A stretch of 64,000 nucleotides of DNA, from NCBI GenBank assembly GCA_051294905.1, contig CM119373.1, forward strand, positions 4,900,001 to 4,964,000, in the 5' to 3' direction. A model generated the notes under the pieces. The model made no database searches. It worked only from the letters and a program-made list of their open reading frames with translations, and had not been told where the DNA came from. The translations under genes and the position numbers were made by a program. This document shows positions 1 to 12,378 of the stretch, one piece after another. The stretch's first letter is position 1; the number at the start of each line of letters is the position of its first letter. This DNA is from Botryllus schlosseri (lineage: Eukaryota).

Positions 1-567
1 TAGCCGAACGAAGTTTCCAGACAATTTTTCAAATATGAACAACCCTTCTGTGCAGTCAGTAATACGCTGTAAAATCACTGCTTAAAATTTACAGCTGTAT
101 GAATAGCTTTGCATCAATATATAACTGCAATGGCATCTCAATTGTCAGCATCAGTCATCTGGCAAGTATTAGAGAGTCATAACAAGTTTCAGACACAAAT
201 CCTCCTGACTTAACATTGTACGCTGGTTGAGCGCCGGTACCGTACGCTTATACTTAACGTAACTAAACCGCCCTGGCGTGAGACATAATTCCTCCATAAT
301 ATCGGCTGACAACTGTCTGAAGTTCGTTCTCTTATCGGGTCGAGCAAGCGCGACTATCATGATAACGAGCAATAAATTTTGTCAACGGGTTAAGAAACGA
401 TGACGCACAGCCGCGACCGCTGGAGCGTTCTGTTCCTGTGGAAATTTCATTAAATTGAAGCTCCTTTACGTTGGCGTTCTAAAGAAAGTGGTTGCGGCCA
501 AAATGTTTCTTTATTTTTTTTCTTTCTTCAATTTAAGACCACATCATTTTTAGAGCGCAGTGCCCCT
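1..567. mobile_element. Right arm of a diverged Kolobok-like DNA transposon copy (runs off the window start)
   Basis: Ends ...GCAGTGCCCCT|TTAA (TTAA at 568-571). About 170-567 aligns by eye to 63260-63659 and, inverted, to 43263-43520. AG..CT termini with a TTAA target are typical of Kolobok. Confidence 0.7.
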
Positions 568-605
568 TTAACATAACACCAACGCGCTATACTTTGAAAT
601 ATATA

Positions 606-1071
606 TTAAGGCGTCGGTAATGGTGGAGTATCAGTGATATCGTATAACCAACCCAACTCTACGCGATGCAAATTAGTTGTGTACACACCGAGTAACGATT
701 GGCTGAGATAATATGATACGCGATAAACAATGTACGGGCGACATGTCGCGAAGATGAATTGGTGACACTTAAGACTACTCATAAATGTTCTTTGTGCGTG
801 TATCACCAATGTAGCATAATTTAATGCTTCACTCAACTATACCCACCTTAGTTGTAACGACGATCCCCAACACTCCTATGCGACGCGATGTAATTTTCGG
901 AGCAGTAAAGATGGTTGACGAACATCCCTCGGTATCTTGAACGGATACTTACACTCCGGGGGTGTCGCACGAAAACGCCCAAAACGCCGACTCCTTCAGG
1001 TTGCTTGGTCCAGCAAACATTGATGATATATTCCTCTGATACCTCGTCATTTTATAGAACTCCAATGCCAT
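606..1071 (-). pseudogene. Decayed paralogue C of the unknown small two-ORF gene family
   Basis: ATG at 1071, TATAAAA at 1141-1147(-). Fragments IRSRYRG...ENY and VLGIVVTTKVG resemble IRSQWNG...ETF and FVGIVNIQRKSG of ORF 2556-2843. Has an internal TAA and indels. Downstream +1 ORF 606-836 ends HRVELGWLY. Confidence 0.45.
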
Positions 1072-2555
1072 ATTGATCGTCTGACAACTACATGTACAGA
1101 AATGACTATGACCGAATACACTCAACGGTCAAGTTGCACTTTTTATACGCATGTACTTGGTTGATTATACCGACGCAGTAGCGATTCCAAAGTCCGTATT
1201 TGGCTCTGCAAACAAAAGATAGCGAAGAATGTCTTAACGTCTCTCGTCAGCGGAAAGAATAATATCTTGACTATGATCAAGGCAAGGGTTGTATGTAATG
1301 AGAATTCCATTAATCAAGTCTTCCTAGAAAAATGGGATATTTATTTGCGTTTTTCGCAGGGCCACCGTAGTCAACAATTATGAATGGTTCAGTCACATCC
1401 AAAATCTCATTCGACACCAGAGTAGAGCTGAATAGGCATCCAAAATTTTCGGTTATCAGGATCACTACGATGTGCCTCACAATGCACTCACCTGTTTTTT
1501 TCTTCCTTCCTTACGCAGTTGCGAGATTTCCTTCACTCGCTGCGTGTCCTGCTGTTTGTCTTTTTCCGTTGTTCTCGCATTTCTATCATCAGACGAACCT
1601 GCGCAGTACAAGTTCACAAATGTGATTAGTATAGTTGGTATCGTTTGGTACGCACCAATCACAGAAGGCCACGTCGCCTTAATTGCCACGCCTATATGAC
1701 GCCCATTGTCACGCCTACAGGATGCCCATTGCCCCGTCACCTGCCACTACCACATCGTGTGTATTTATGAGCAAATTTCATTGTTTTGTGAATTTCAATA
1801 CCGGTTTTCCATGTATATTTAGCAATATGTATTGAATAACTTGAAATGTATCACCACTAATTAATTAATATAAAATGCGATTTTAAGCGCTGCGACTTGA
1901 AAATATTAATATAATAACTTACTTTTTTGGATATAAATAACATTCAGATTACACATAAATTTCGAAAACTATGATGTCAATAGAATACTATATTTGCCAG
2001 ATATTCACAGAAAACACTCATCAACGTTGAACTAGGCGCGGGGTTCTATGATGATATATCAAAATTCTACACATCATCACTAATTAATTAATTCATATAA
2101 AATGCGATTTTGAGCGCAGACAGATCGCGGTTTCGATTGCCGAGGTCTCCGCATTTCATGACCTAATATGAACGCACACTACAACTGAATTCATTCCAAT
2201 ACCTGCAAATTTACTTTGCATGTCGAGTATAAGGATAATTTAATCAGCGCTAAACGCCAACGGACTAGCCGTAGGCGCTCAATTCTCGGCGTTACAATTA
2301 AACAAACTTTTCGCGGCAGGTACGCGATTCCTAACGGTTTCTACAGTTTCCACATTTCACTACTTATTTTCTTTGGACGCATACAAGCGATTCCCAAGGT
2401 CGAGGCTATGGAAACAAATCAAGCATGAGTACGTAAATCTTGAGCTTAGATCTCCGAGATTCTTGTATGCAACTAACATTATAGACAACCATTCGATAAT
2501 ATTCAACCAGCAATAATGCTTTCGATATAGTGCATCATGTACAGCGACACGCTGA

Positions 2556-2843
2556 TCAATTCAAATTCAACAATGGGATCCCCCGCACAATTATGAAGCC
2601 CGATTTGCGTTGAATATTAACGATACCAACAAATCGGAAGGTCTCTTTTCCCTCTACATCTATGATAGAGGTACCATTCCATTGACTACGAATAACTTGA
2701 GATTCTGTGGGATCGAAATCGCAATCAAATAATATGAGAGTATCTTTTCCAGCTTTCAGAACTTGGACAATCGTGTCAGGACTATATCGCAACACCGCAG
2801 TATGTGTGCATACAAAACGATACACAGTTATTTTTAGTGCCAT
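2556..2843 (-). CDS. Unknown 95-aa protein (paralogue A, ORF1); a +1-frame ORF2 continues to 2360
   Basis: 44/88 ungapped identities with 4951-5226, with about 20 synonymous differences at conserved residues, i.e. a purifying-selection pattern. No family recognised. Confidence 0.75.
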   Translation of the reverse strand: MALKITVYRFVCTHTAVLRYSPDTIVQVLKAGKDTLILFDCDFDPTESQVIRSQWNGTSIIDVEGKETFRFVGIVNIQRKSGFIIVRGIPLLNLN

Positions 2844-3229
2844 CCGTACGACTTATGTTAAACTTGCAGTGCAACTGATGATTTAAAGACGGTAATATCT
2901 TTTTCGAGTGTGACAATGGCACTCGTAAAGGTTATACAAACATTACCTTAAACTACTATTTACTTCATTGCAGAATTGATCGAAGTTACGATTGCAGCTG
3001 AAAAGAGTAAAGAGGTGGAAGCTAGTGATGATGACCTAACAATTACTGCTTGGGGCTGTCTATCCTTATTAAGGTACTTGGTAAGAACGTGGTAAAGCCA
3101 TTGAACAGCAATTTTACATTCGCGGTTTTATTGTTATATATAAAAATTATACGTACATTTCGCGCGATCAACTACGCATGATTTTATGTGAATTTCACCG
3201 ATAGTGTCCGAGTTCTATGTGACATAAGT

Positions 3230-3615
3230 ACAATTTCAGCATCGGTATTTGCAATAAAGCCTAAAAATTAGAGTTGCACCTTTTCGCGATTTATGCAGCT
3301 ATTCGCGCAGATTTGCTGCATTTGCTATATCTGAAGTAGAATTTCAGCGTCGTTATTCACTATAAGCCGAGAAACGCACCTTCACGCAATTTATATAGAC
3401 AGACGCATTAACTTTGCTGCATCTGAAGTAGAATTTCAGCGTCGTTATTTGTTATAAGCCGAGAAATGTAAATTCCCGCAATTTTTTCAGGCTCACACAC
3501 TTTGCTGCGTCTGAAGTAGAATTTTAGCGTCGTTGTTTGCTATAAGCCGGGAAATTAGAGTCGCTGCTTCGCGCAATTTTTACAGGCAGTCTCATACACT
3601 TTGCTGCATCTGAGC
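3230..3615. repeat. Degenerate ~90-bp tandem repeat, about 4 copies
   Basis: Recurring TTTGCTGCATCTGAAGTAGAATTTCAGCGTCGTTATTTGCTATAAGCCGAGAAA at about 3320, 3413 and 3500, partial at 3600. Confidence 0.8.
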
Positions 3616-3845
3616 TTCATACTAATACATGCATAATTTTTGCATGACGAGAACACGGGTAATTAAATCATCAATAAACGCCGGAGGCGAGTCATTTAAA
3701 CCTTGTTGCTAGATAATACCGCTTTCGGCTACAACAAAGTTGCCCTGCAACAAAAAAAAAATAGAAGCCCTAATGATCATGCAGAGAGTTCAAAAATGCT
3801 CCACAATTCTTGATATATAATATACTGAGCATATAATAAGCTGAC

Positions 3846-4330
3846 AAAACCTATACTTGAGTACTCCGAAATGTACAAGTACTTTACCTTCACACGACGT
3901 TTTTGTAAAATGAATACTAATTTTAATGAAAAAAGTAAAAATTATGTACTCAAGTAGGTTGTTGTCTACACGCACCAACTACTCAAGTGTTTATGACACA
4001 GGAATGATTCATTAAGTATAGCGCAAGCAGGCCAAACCTATACTTGAGTACTCCAAAATGTACAAGTACTTCGCTATGTACTCCACGTAAAAAGTGACTA
4101 GATTTTAGACTACTTTATCGATTTTTGAAGTTGCGCAAATACCATAAACTTTGCTTGCTTTCAGAGCCGGCAACTAAATGCAACACGGAATTTACGCAAA
4201 AGTCTCTATTCTGAAAATTTTATCAAGGTAATAGTATAAAAACTTATACTTGAGCACTACGAAATGTACAAGTACTTTACCTTTACACGACGTTTTTGTA
4301 AAATGAATACTAATTTTATTGAAAAAATAA
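3846..4330. repeat. Duplicated hAT-MITE subterminal fragment (TACTTGAGTA / CAAGTA motifs)
   Basis: 3846-3935 is near-identical to 4240-4327, with a partial third copy at 4035-4072. Same motif vocabulary as MITE 17095-18371. Confidence 0.6.
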
Positions 4331-4449
4331 AAAAAAAATATTATAACAGACAAAATTACTTCTTTCCGATGAAACAACCCAATTAAGAGCCAAGTGACAG
4401 CGTCGCAATGTATTTAATCGTTCAGGTAGACTTGAATCGTGATCCGGAT

Positions 4450-4733
4450 CTCGTAACATAGTAAAATCGAGGTATGTAGTTTAATTACTCACTCACTACT
4501 CTATATGTTGGTGGTGGTCATACCCTGCAAACTTTTTTGCTGCGAACGTAGTGTTTCACCTTACATCAGTTGGTTCAATGTATGTACCGGGTTGTGAAAA
4601 CTGTCGCTGTTTTGACTATGTGTCACAATCAATACTAAATACGAGAATTCGTTACTCGTCGAAACGCCGCAGTCAGACATCGTTAACAGCGATTCCGTGT
4701 ATGGCAATCTTGAGTTCAATTGTGGTTTTGTGA
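4450..4733 (+). pseudogene. Decayed paralogue D (ORF1 end plus ORF2 fragments) of the unknown family
   Basis: RNIVKSRYVV* resembles VNIQRKSGYML. The +1 frame FNYSLTTLYVGGGHTLQTF resembles LNYATLVIHAQRTF of copy C. After another indel YVSQSIL resembles YLSQSLL. Confidence 0.35.
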
Positions 4734-4950
4734 TGTTAACCAAGCGGCTGTGTTTCTGCGGTGTGAAGACTGAATCCGTGTTGTTTCCCCGCAAGAGTGC
4801 GATGTCTATTTCACACCTAGAGCAATTATAAAACGCATCTTCGAAACTTTTGGTCTAGTTCATCCGCTTGCATTTCGAAACGGACCATCACCACGACAAG
4901 ACTCTAACCCACCACATCCGTGGTTTCAGTTGATCATATCGAAGAATATC

Positions 4951-5226
4951 ATGTCCATCCGTGTTACCACCCACAGATTTCGCCATCCTCACACGGTAGT
5001 GCTAAGACACAGACAAGATGCGGTGGTGGAAATATTGAAAATGAGAAAGCAGACCTTGGTGTCATTTGATTTGGGTTTTACACCCGATGAACCCACCATT
5101 CGTACTGCGCATTGGGATGAGGATTCTATCATTGATGTCGAGGGAAAGAAGATGTACAGATTTGTTGGTGTCGTGAATATTCAACGAAAGTCGGGGTATA
5201 TGCTTGTGCATGGTTCGCGTATTTGA
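4951..5226 (+). CDS. Unknown 91-aa protein (paralogue B, ORF1)
   Basis: ATG at 4951, TATAAAA at 4827-4833. 50% identical to 2556-2843, shared motif SIIDVEGK..(F/Y)RFVG(I/V)VNIQRKSG. Its +1 continuation is interrupted after about 30 codons. Confidence 0.7.
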   Translation: MSIRVTTHRFRHPHTVVLRHRQDAVVEILKMRKQTLVSFDLGFTPDEPTIRTAHWDEDSIIDVEGKKMYRFVGVVNIQRKSGYMLVHGSRI

Positions 5227-5779
5227 CTGTGAAGATATCGCTATACATAACGTGCTGTTCACCGTATCGATAGCACCAACGAATATCCGTGAAAGGGTTG
5301 TAATCTCGGTGAAATAGTGTGCGACACATTTTTCCACAATTCGAATGCATGTCGGTTCATACTAAGACCATGTTACGGTCAAATATGTGTGTTTTTCTGT
5401 CTCCAAGTCAGCTACCCCCACATTGAATGTACAAAGTCGGTGCATGTATGAGACTTCAGAACATGAGTTTGTAATCCATGATGCTTGTAATGCCGGCCAT
5501 GATGTTATCCATGATGTATGTAATGTCACACACCTCGTTTACGCGAATACTTGGTATCTATGAACAATCGTGAAGTATACTGGATGTGTAATGTCTTGTT
5601 ATTTTCATGGAAACACGGGGGGTGTAACATGTTTGAATATTGTTCATTGGTTTGTCGATTCAGAGTTGATATCCGGATCCGGTTAATACTTTTTCGGGTT
5701 TCCGATTTCAAACTGAACGGTGGGATATGTATTGACCAATAAAGAGTGACACAATATAGTAAACATGTGTGAGAAAACT

Positions 5780-6000
5780 CACAAGTAACCCGGATTTGTT
5801 AGCGCGACGGGGACATAAATTCAACCATTATCCGTGTACCAAGCAGTTACCAAAGTCATGGAGGTTGCTAATTTCAACATATTGACTCTGTGGGAGGCTA
5901 GAGCACGAACCGGGACACACACAGACACACACACACACCAGGACACACAATATCCGTCGATTTCCAAAGCATACATTTCGATATACAAGAGCATATTGTT
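5780..6000 (+). mobile_element. Possible Helentron-associated (HINE/DINE-like) non-autonomous element
   Basis: Starts ACAAGTA and has an internal (CA)/(CAGA) microsatellite at 5915-5950. Architecture only; no clear terminal hairpin confirmed. Confidence 0.25.
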
Positions 6001-6049
6001 ATTTCATGTGGTTAACCGTTGATATAGATGCGATGCGACCGACGCGGGT

Positions 6050-6855
6050 AAATAAAAAATAAGAAAAAATAGCGAAAAATTACATTTTATCCCGGAACGC
6101 AACAAGAAAAATCGTATGAATTTGTAAACTACTTATTCATGACATAATATTAATTCTACTTGTACACTTTTTCACATTTTATAACACTTTTAGTAGTACT
6201 TAACAGTTTCAGTTTTAAATAAAATTCAGAATATAAACTAATCGAAAAATTCGGTAATCACTTTCGCGTAGGCTATGCATACAAATGAGGAACGTTACAT
6301 CAACGCGTGTTAACTAGTTGTATTATGTAGCTTGTAATTCATGCAAGTAAGTCGGACAAATTCGTCGCATGAACACGACTCTAATGGACATAAATAAATG
6401 AAAATTTTGTAAAGTAGATATTTTTCGGTATGCTAAATTCGGCTACGCGGTGCTAGTCTTCTTGCTCGCATGAAATAGGATGTTTTAGCTTCAACCTCAA
6501 CGAATTACCACATCGAATTTAAATAGAGGCGATAAATAATATACAGTAGCTCCAATTTTAATGAAAAAATAAAAATAAAAAATCGCGAAAAATTGCATTT
6601 ATCCAGGAACGCATCAAGAAAAACCGTATGAATTTGTAAAGTAGTTAGTAAACTACACTATTCCGCTACACTAAAGACTTTGACAATCCGGATTTTGTAT
6701 GGTGTATACTAATTTTACATTGCGGAGTATTCATTATTATGTAGCTTGTAACTCATGCAAGTAAGTCGGACAAATTCGTCGCATGAACACGACTCCAATG
6801 GACATAACGAAATGAAAATTTTGTCAAGCAGATCTTTTTCAGTATGCTAATTTTG
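6050..6855. repeat. Local direct duplication (6050-6440 vs 6565-6855)
   Basis: The TTATGTAGCTTGTAA(T/C)TCATGCAAGTAAGTCGGACAAATTCGTCGCATGAACACGACTC block and the upstream GAAAAATT..CATTT..GGAACGCA..AAGAAAAA block each occur twice. Confidence 0.85.
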
Positions 6856-7355
6856 ATGTTGTTCCATACCGAATAGCACTCGTCAAGGTTATACAAGCAT
6901 ACCCCTGGTTTCAACACTTTTACAACGATTCTTCTTGCTTCCTATAACATCCCACTTGAAGCCCTCGTTATTAGGCTATGATCTCAGCCTGAGCCATGTC
7001 TTGAAACCTACGGGACTCTGCAAATTGTTTCGATTTATTCTGTTCGTTTTAATTTAAGGAAGCCCATTTCACTCAATGTATCGATGCCTACGGTAGTCTA
7101 CAAAATTTTCTGATTAATTCCCCCTATGTTAATTTACCATAAGAAAGACAATTTGACTCCTAAAGTCCGAGATACTTGTTCGCTTGAGCTAGGCCGCAGC
7201 GCCTGGAGTGGAATTTTATAGTTCTTGTGCATACAAATGAGGAAAGTTACATCAACGCGTGTTAACTCGTTGTGTCGAGTTATCGAATGATTTTTTCCTT
7301 GCATCAAAACAACTAGAATGTGTAACTACATTAAAAACGTATCTAAATGAGCTCC

Positions 7356-8400
7356 AGGGCATTGTGATTATGCAGCATACCAAATTGCATCACACATTTA
7401 CATTTCATGATGGAATAACTTTAAAACTAACGCAGTTCTATAGCAACTTTTGCCTACATCTGTTTTCGGTAGCGTGTACATGTACAGTACATATACATAG
7501 TCAGCTTTAATAACAGAATCACCATGCTAATATGTGACTCCTCACCTTGAAACGTGGTACGTAGTTGTAGGACATTGTGATTATGCAGCATACGAAATTT
7601 CCTCACGCATTTCATAATGGAACAGCTTTAAAACTAACGCGGCTCTACATCAACATTTTGCGTACATCTGTTTTGTAGGGGCGTATAGTACGTACCCATA
7701 CATAGCCAACTTTAATAACGGAATTACCATGCTTACCATTGAATCCCAACTCTAAACTTGATACGTAGTTGTAGGACATTATGGCAATGCACCATGCTAG
7801 ATTTCATCATCACACATCTAATGATGGAACACCTTTGAAACTATCGCAGTCGAATACCGACTTTTACGCATATCTGCTTTTCGTGAACACAGCATATACC
7901 CATACATAGTCAATTTTAATAACAGAATTAGTATGCTAAACATTAAATTCTCACCTTGAACGTTGGTACGCAGTTGTAGGACATAATAAGAATGCACCAT
8001 ACAAAATTTCGTCAGACATTTCATGATGTAACACCTTTAAAACCAACGCAGTTCAATAGAAACTTTTGGCTAAGTCTGTTTTTCCGTAGCGTAGCACGTA
8101 CCTATGCATAGTCAACTTTAATAACGGAATTAGCATGTTAATAATCGACTCCCAACCTTGAAACTCGCTATACCGTTGTAAGACATTATGACAATGCACC
8201 ATGTCAAATTTTGTTACGCATTTCATGATTGAACAACTTTAAAACTAATCCAGTTCCATGCCGACTTTTGCAGGGGGCGTAGCACGTACCTATGCATACT
8301 CAACTTTAATAACGGAATTACCGAGCTTAACATTGAATGCGTAACTTGAAGATTGGTTCACAGGTGTAGGACATTATGACAATGGAACATACCACTGCGC
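7356..8400. repeat. Old ~205-bp satellite, about 5 copies
   Basis: Units start near 7356, 7569, 7773, 7978 and 8180, sharing AGGACATT..., CATTTCATGATGGAAC..CTTTAAAACTAACGC and CAACTTTAATAACGGAATT. Confidence 0.85.
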
Positions 8401-8998
8401 TAACTTTCAGAATTGTTAAGTATAGTACTCGCACTTTGTGAGAATACCCAAGTAGGTTTTTTGCCTACATGCACCAAATACTCTCAAGTCCTTATGATAT
8501 TGGAGTACATCAACTTCATGATAGCTAGAGTATTGAACAGAAATGGACCTAGAGTACTAACGTTTGACTTACTCGGAAATGACTACTTCTACCTTATTTT
8601 AACGGATACATCGTTCGAAGCGAAATTTATGTGGTTTTGGATAATATCCAAGATGTAGGCTCACTTTGAAGGGTACTTCGTAAAACTCAAATATTGCGCA
8701 AAAGTACAATTAGGGATCTAAAAGTAACTAATATAGATGGTTATTTTCGTAGATTACTTACCCTCTACTCAAGAGGTTTTTCAGGTGGAACTACCTACTT
8801 TTAGGACTGTGTATGTCAAAGTAGTTTGAGCTTACGTTTATATCACCTTGACAAGTGACATTATCAGACATGAAAATGATATTATCACGTAATACCAGAA
8901 GTTAACCAACGTCAATGTGTTTCGGAATTCACGAGAAATTGGTTACTAAGAGAAGTATATTCTTGTGTACACAATAGCGGAGAGAATATTTAAAATGT

Positions 8999-9161
8999 AG
9001 TAAGCGGGCCGATGGGTATTCATTGAGTTGTATAAGCATAAAAAACATTCCCGCGCGCGTCTTAGGATTAGGTGGTAGGGTTAGGCAGGGTGGGTTTAGG
9101 AGCGCGCGGGAATGTTTTTTATGCTTATACAACTCAATGAATACCCATCGGCCTGCTTACT
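8999..9161. mobile_element. Foldback MITE with ~60-bp TIRs and a TTAGG/TAGGGT-rich loop
   Basis: AGTAAGC(G/A)GGCCGATGGGTATTCATTGAGTTGTATAAGCATAAAAAACATTCCCGCGCGC is present inverted at both ends with one mismatch. Flanked by ATGT on both sides. Confidence 0.85.
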
Positions 9162-9544
9162 ATGTCTAAAATTCATGACTCAACGCGCATATGAAGTCAA
9201 ATAGTATGCATAATAATTATTCCAATCTAAATATCATAGTAACGAATGATATTCGACCGCCGTCGCGTTACAACTTGCATTTCGCTTATCGTAACTTCCA
9301 ATACGTAAGCTACCAATTTAGGGATATTTAAAATCGTAGAATATTTTTAGCAATTCCTTGAACTTGGAAATAATTTTTTACGCTTTGGTTGGATGATCAT
9401 CACGTACTATCTCTATCTGACATACCATCATTGTAATTCAAAAATATGTAGCTTGTTTTAGGTCGACGTTACTATATGCCGGCCTCCAACACGAGTTTAA
9501 CATGATGAAATCTGGTTATTCCTGATAAAAGAATGGATGGACAC

Positions 9545-9729
9545 CAATGTTCCCTCTAATTTTTGACGAGTCTGCGCCAACTTACCAACTCACTGCGCAG
9601 ACCCTTGGAAAACAGTGCGTAACGACTAAAAAAAGGTCATCACTTCGAATTTTTTGTGCGCAAGTTAGATTTTCTGTGCGCAGAGACCGTACCAGCACTG
9701 CGCACGTGCGCAGCTTAGAGGGAACATTG
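9545..9729. mobile_element. hAT MITE (185 bp)
   Basis: TIR CAATGTTCCCTCTAA, 8-bp TSD ATGGACAC. An inverted partial copy lies at about 27645-27761. Confidence 0.92.
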
Positions 9730-9902
9730 ATGGACACCCTGATGTTGGCTAATGTAGCTAATGTGTGACCCACTTATTGGCGGAGATAATGGACTTTGAT
9801 CCGCTGTCCCAAAATGATTGCAGTGATGAAAATTTATATTCTAATCTAAGATATATTCTAATGCAGTGGTTTCTAACCGACGGGGAACTTGAGGGTTCCT
9901 AG

Positions 9903-11873
9903 CAGGGCTGTGGAGTCGGTGGAGTCGGAGTCGGAGTCGGGGTGATTTTCGCTTGATGGAGTCGGAGTCGTGAAAACTATAATAGCTGGAGTCGGAGTCG
10001 GTGGGAAAATACTGACAGGAGTCGGAGTTTGTGAGAATGACTATGAATTCGACTCCGACTCCAACTTCTCTATCATGAAAACATTTGCTTTCAAAGAATT
10101 TTCAATATAATTTTTATGTACCACCAATCACTGTTATTAATAACCAATTAACCATACATATCAGGTGCGGCCAGCCGGTGGCACGCAGGCCAAATTTGGC
10201 ACACGAGAAGGTTAGGCGTTGGCCTGCGAGGGAATTCTCGAAATTATTTATGACATCAGGTAGCCTACAATTGCAAAGCCAACCAAAATTTGATTAGCAT
10301 GGCCGCGAAATTTGATGATGACTAAAACAACAGTTCTGACGCATTGACGTATCCAGGGGTCGGCCACATTTATCCCAGATCTTCGTATATGACCATGAAG
10401 TAGAATATTTCATAGCATATTTATTTGACTTGAAATTTTTCTCGGTACTTCGCATGATTAATTGTCACTAGATTTCTTGCATTCAGTATTTGAGCCCCCT
10501 TCCGAAAATTATAAATACATATTATTCACAGGATTGAGTCTAACTATATTCGCATTTAGGAGATACGGCTTCGCTTGTGCACTCGCAGCGAGATCGCCGA
10601 CAAAACATTTGCACAATATGATAGAGGCATGTTCAGTTGTTCACTGATACCGTCGATTTTGCTATGTCTAAATGTCGAATAATCCTGTCCTTGCCAAATG
10701 AGCCCAGTGGTATATAGATGCGACCCCCAATGTATGTTAGCGACATATTTATTGATATAGCTATAGCCTAATTCAGTCGTTATCTTGCAAAAAAATGGCC
10801 TAATTGCGCACTGCACAGTTGCATGACATATTGTTATCAATTTTAGAGCGTATTAATATAAGTCTTGTTTGCAATGTTACCTAATTCGGTTCGCTCCTAT
10901 ATCGACGACTACAAAAAGGTTATCAACATTCCAGTTGCCCGTGTAATGGTTCGTAAAACTCAGGTGTCCCTTTCGCAAAAAAGTTGCCCACCCCTGATAT
11001 AGATAAAATTAAACTCAGTTGCAGAGGGGAAGAAAATCGCAAGATGCGTTTTCGCGATGCAGTCAAAATTGATGCAATTTTTGGAATTATACCATGATAC
11101 TGTGACAGAGAAAATGCATCGGCTGGTTTTGTAAAATTGTAAAAATGATGTAAATATGACCAAACGATGCTTCCCACATGACAAAATTAAAAATATTTGT
11201 AGTGTAGCTTAGCTGTTTGGGTCGAACAAATGATTAAGAAAGACTGCAAGTCCCAATCCTTGAATACTTGATTAAGTATATGTAGACTAGACATAGGCAT
11301 GGCCTTTGACTACTTAACTAAATTCCATTTACGACCAATGTCTATTATTAGTAGTAAGAGTGTTTGTGCTTGCAATCAGGATAGTGTGCAATGACAAAAT
11401 TAGAAAGTTCAATTTCTTTATTAGTTGCTGAGTCATGCACAAGAGCTACACTTGGATTTTTTTATCTACATTTTTATTATACAGGATTGGATATCTGCCA
11501 TATTTGAATGATTCATACATTTCAGGATATTAGAGAGTCCATGTTATATAAACTTGAATAAGGAAGAATATTTAGCAAATCTTTATTTCATGTTAATTGC
11601 ATAGTGGATAATTCGAGCTGTGCCACAATGAAACAATTTAGCATGCCACAGTTAATCATATGTTTGCATGTGTTTAATGGTTGTATGATAGTCATTCAAC
11701 CGACAATGTGGCATATAATTTTCGAAGTAAATTGGTAATAATGCTGGAGTCGGAGTCGGGAGTCGGAGTCGGTACGTTTAAAGACCCAGGAGTCGGAGTC
11801 AGAGTCGGTATTTTGAAAATGTGTGGAGTCGGAGCCGGAGTCGGTGGTAAAATTTACCGACTCCACAGCCCTG
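9903..11873. mobile_element. Non-autonomous hAT (Ac-like) element with GGAGTC subterminal arrays, inserted in a Charlie-like end starting at 9864
   Basis: TIR CAGGGCTGTGGAGTCGG, TSD GTTCCTAG (9895-9902 and 11874-11881). Contains nested CAGG...CCCCTG fragments at about 10160-10997. Confidence 0.92.
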
Positions 11874-12378
11874 GTTCCTAGACTCACTCGTAAAAAATAT
11901 CGTTATATTATTAGCCTCGTTTATTAAACGGCTTTATGAAATACCGAAATACCCTCTCTATTAGCTCATTTGCAATTTAGCAATTCGTATTATCAGTGCC
12001 AATTAGCGAGAATCGACTGGACACGGACAGCGGTCGCCGAGCTCCCGCATATGGGTTTGTTATTCAGTCGTATGCGAAATCGTGTGATTGAAATCACTTG
12101 ATTTGCTATAATAGGAGTTTTGTAGCACCATGTGGCACCACCACTGTGGTCATCGAACCGTAAGTAGCTTTGTCTCATTTTCATGTCGCTTTATATATAA
12201 ATGCGTTTGATTGTGCATTGGTCAGTTCGCTCAAGTGCTGCTTACCATAAACTTGTAAGACATAGAACAGTGAATTTCGAATTTAGATAGGACACAGTAA
12301 GCCAGTAGTCAGCGAACAGAGCAGCAAATTAAGAATTGAAACGAAGATATATGTTGATGGCGTACGTGAGATAAAGAT

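Noticed and set aside
2360..2843. Ornithine decarboxylase antizyme
   Set aside because: Has a +1-at-TGA layout but lacks the TCC TGA site and any antizyme-like sequence I can recognise.
11681..11887. ORFs with GVGVG / SDSDS repeats
   Set aside because: Translations of GGAGTC subterminal repeats of a hAT element.
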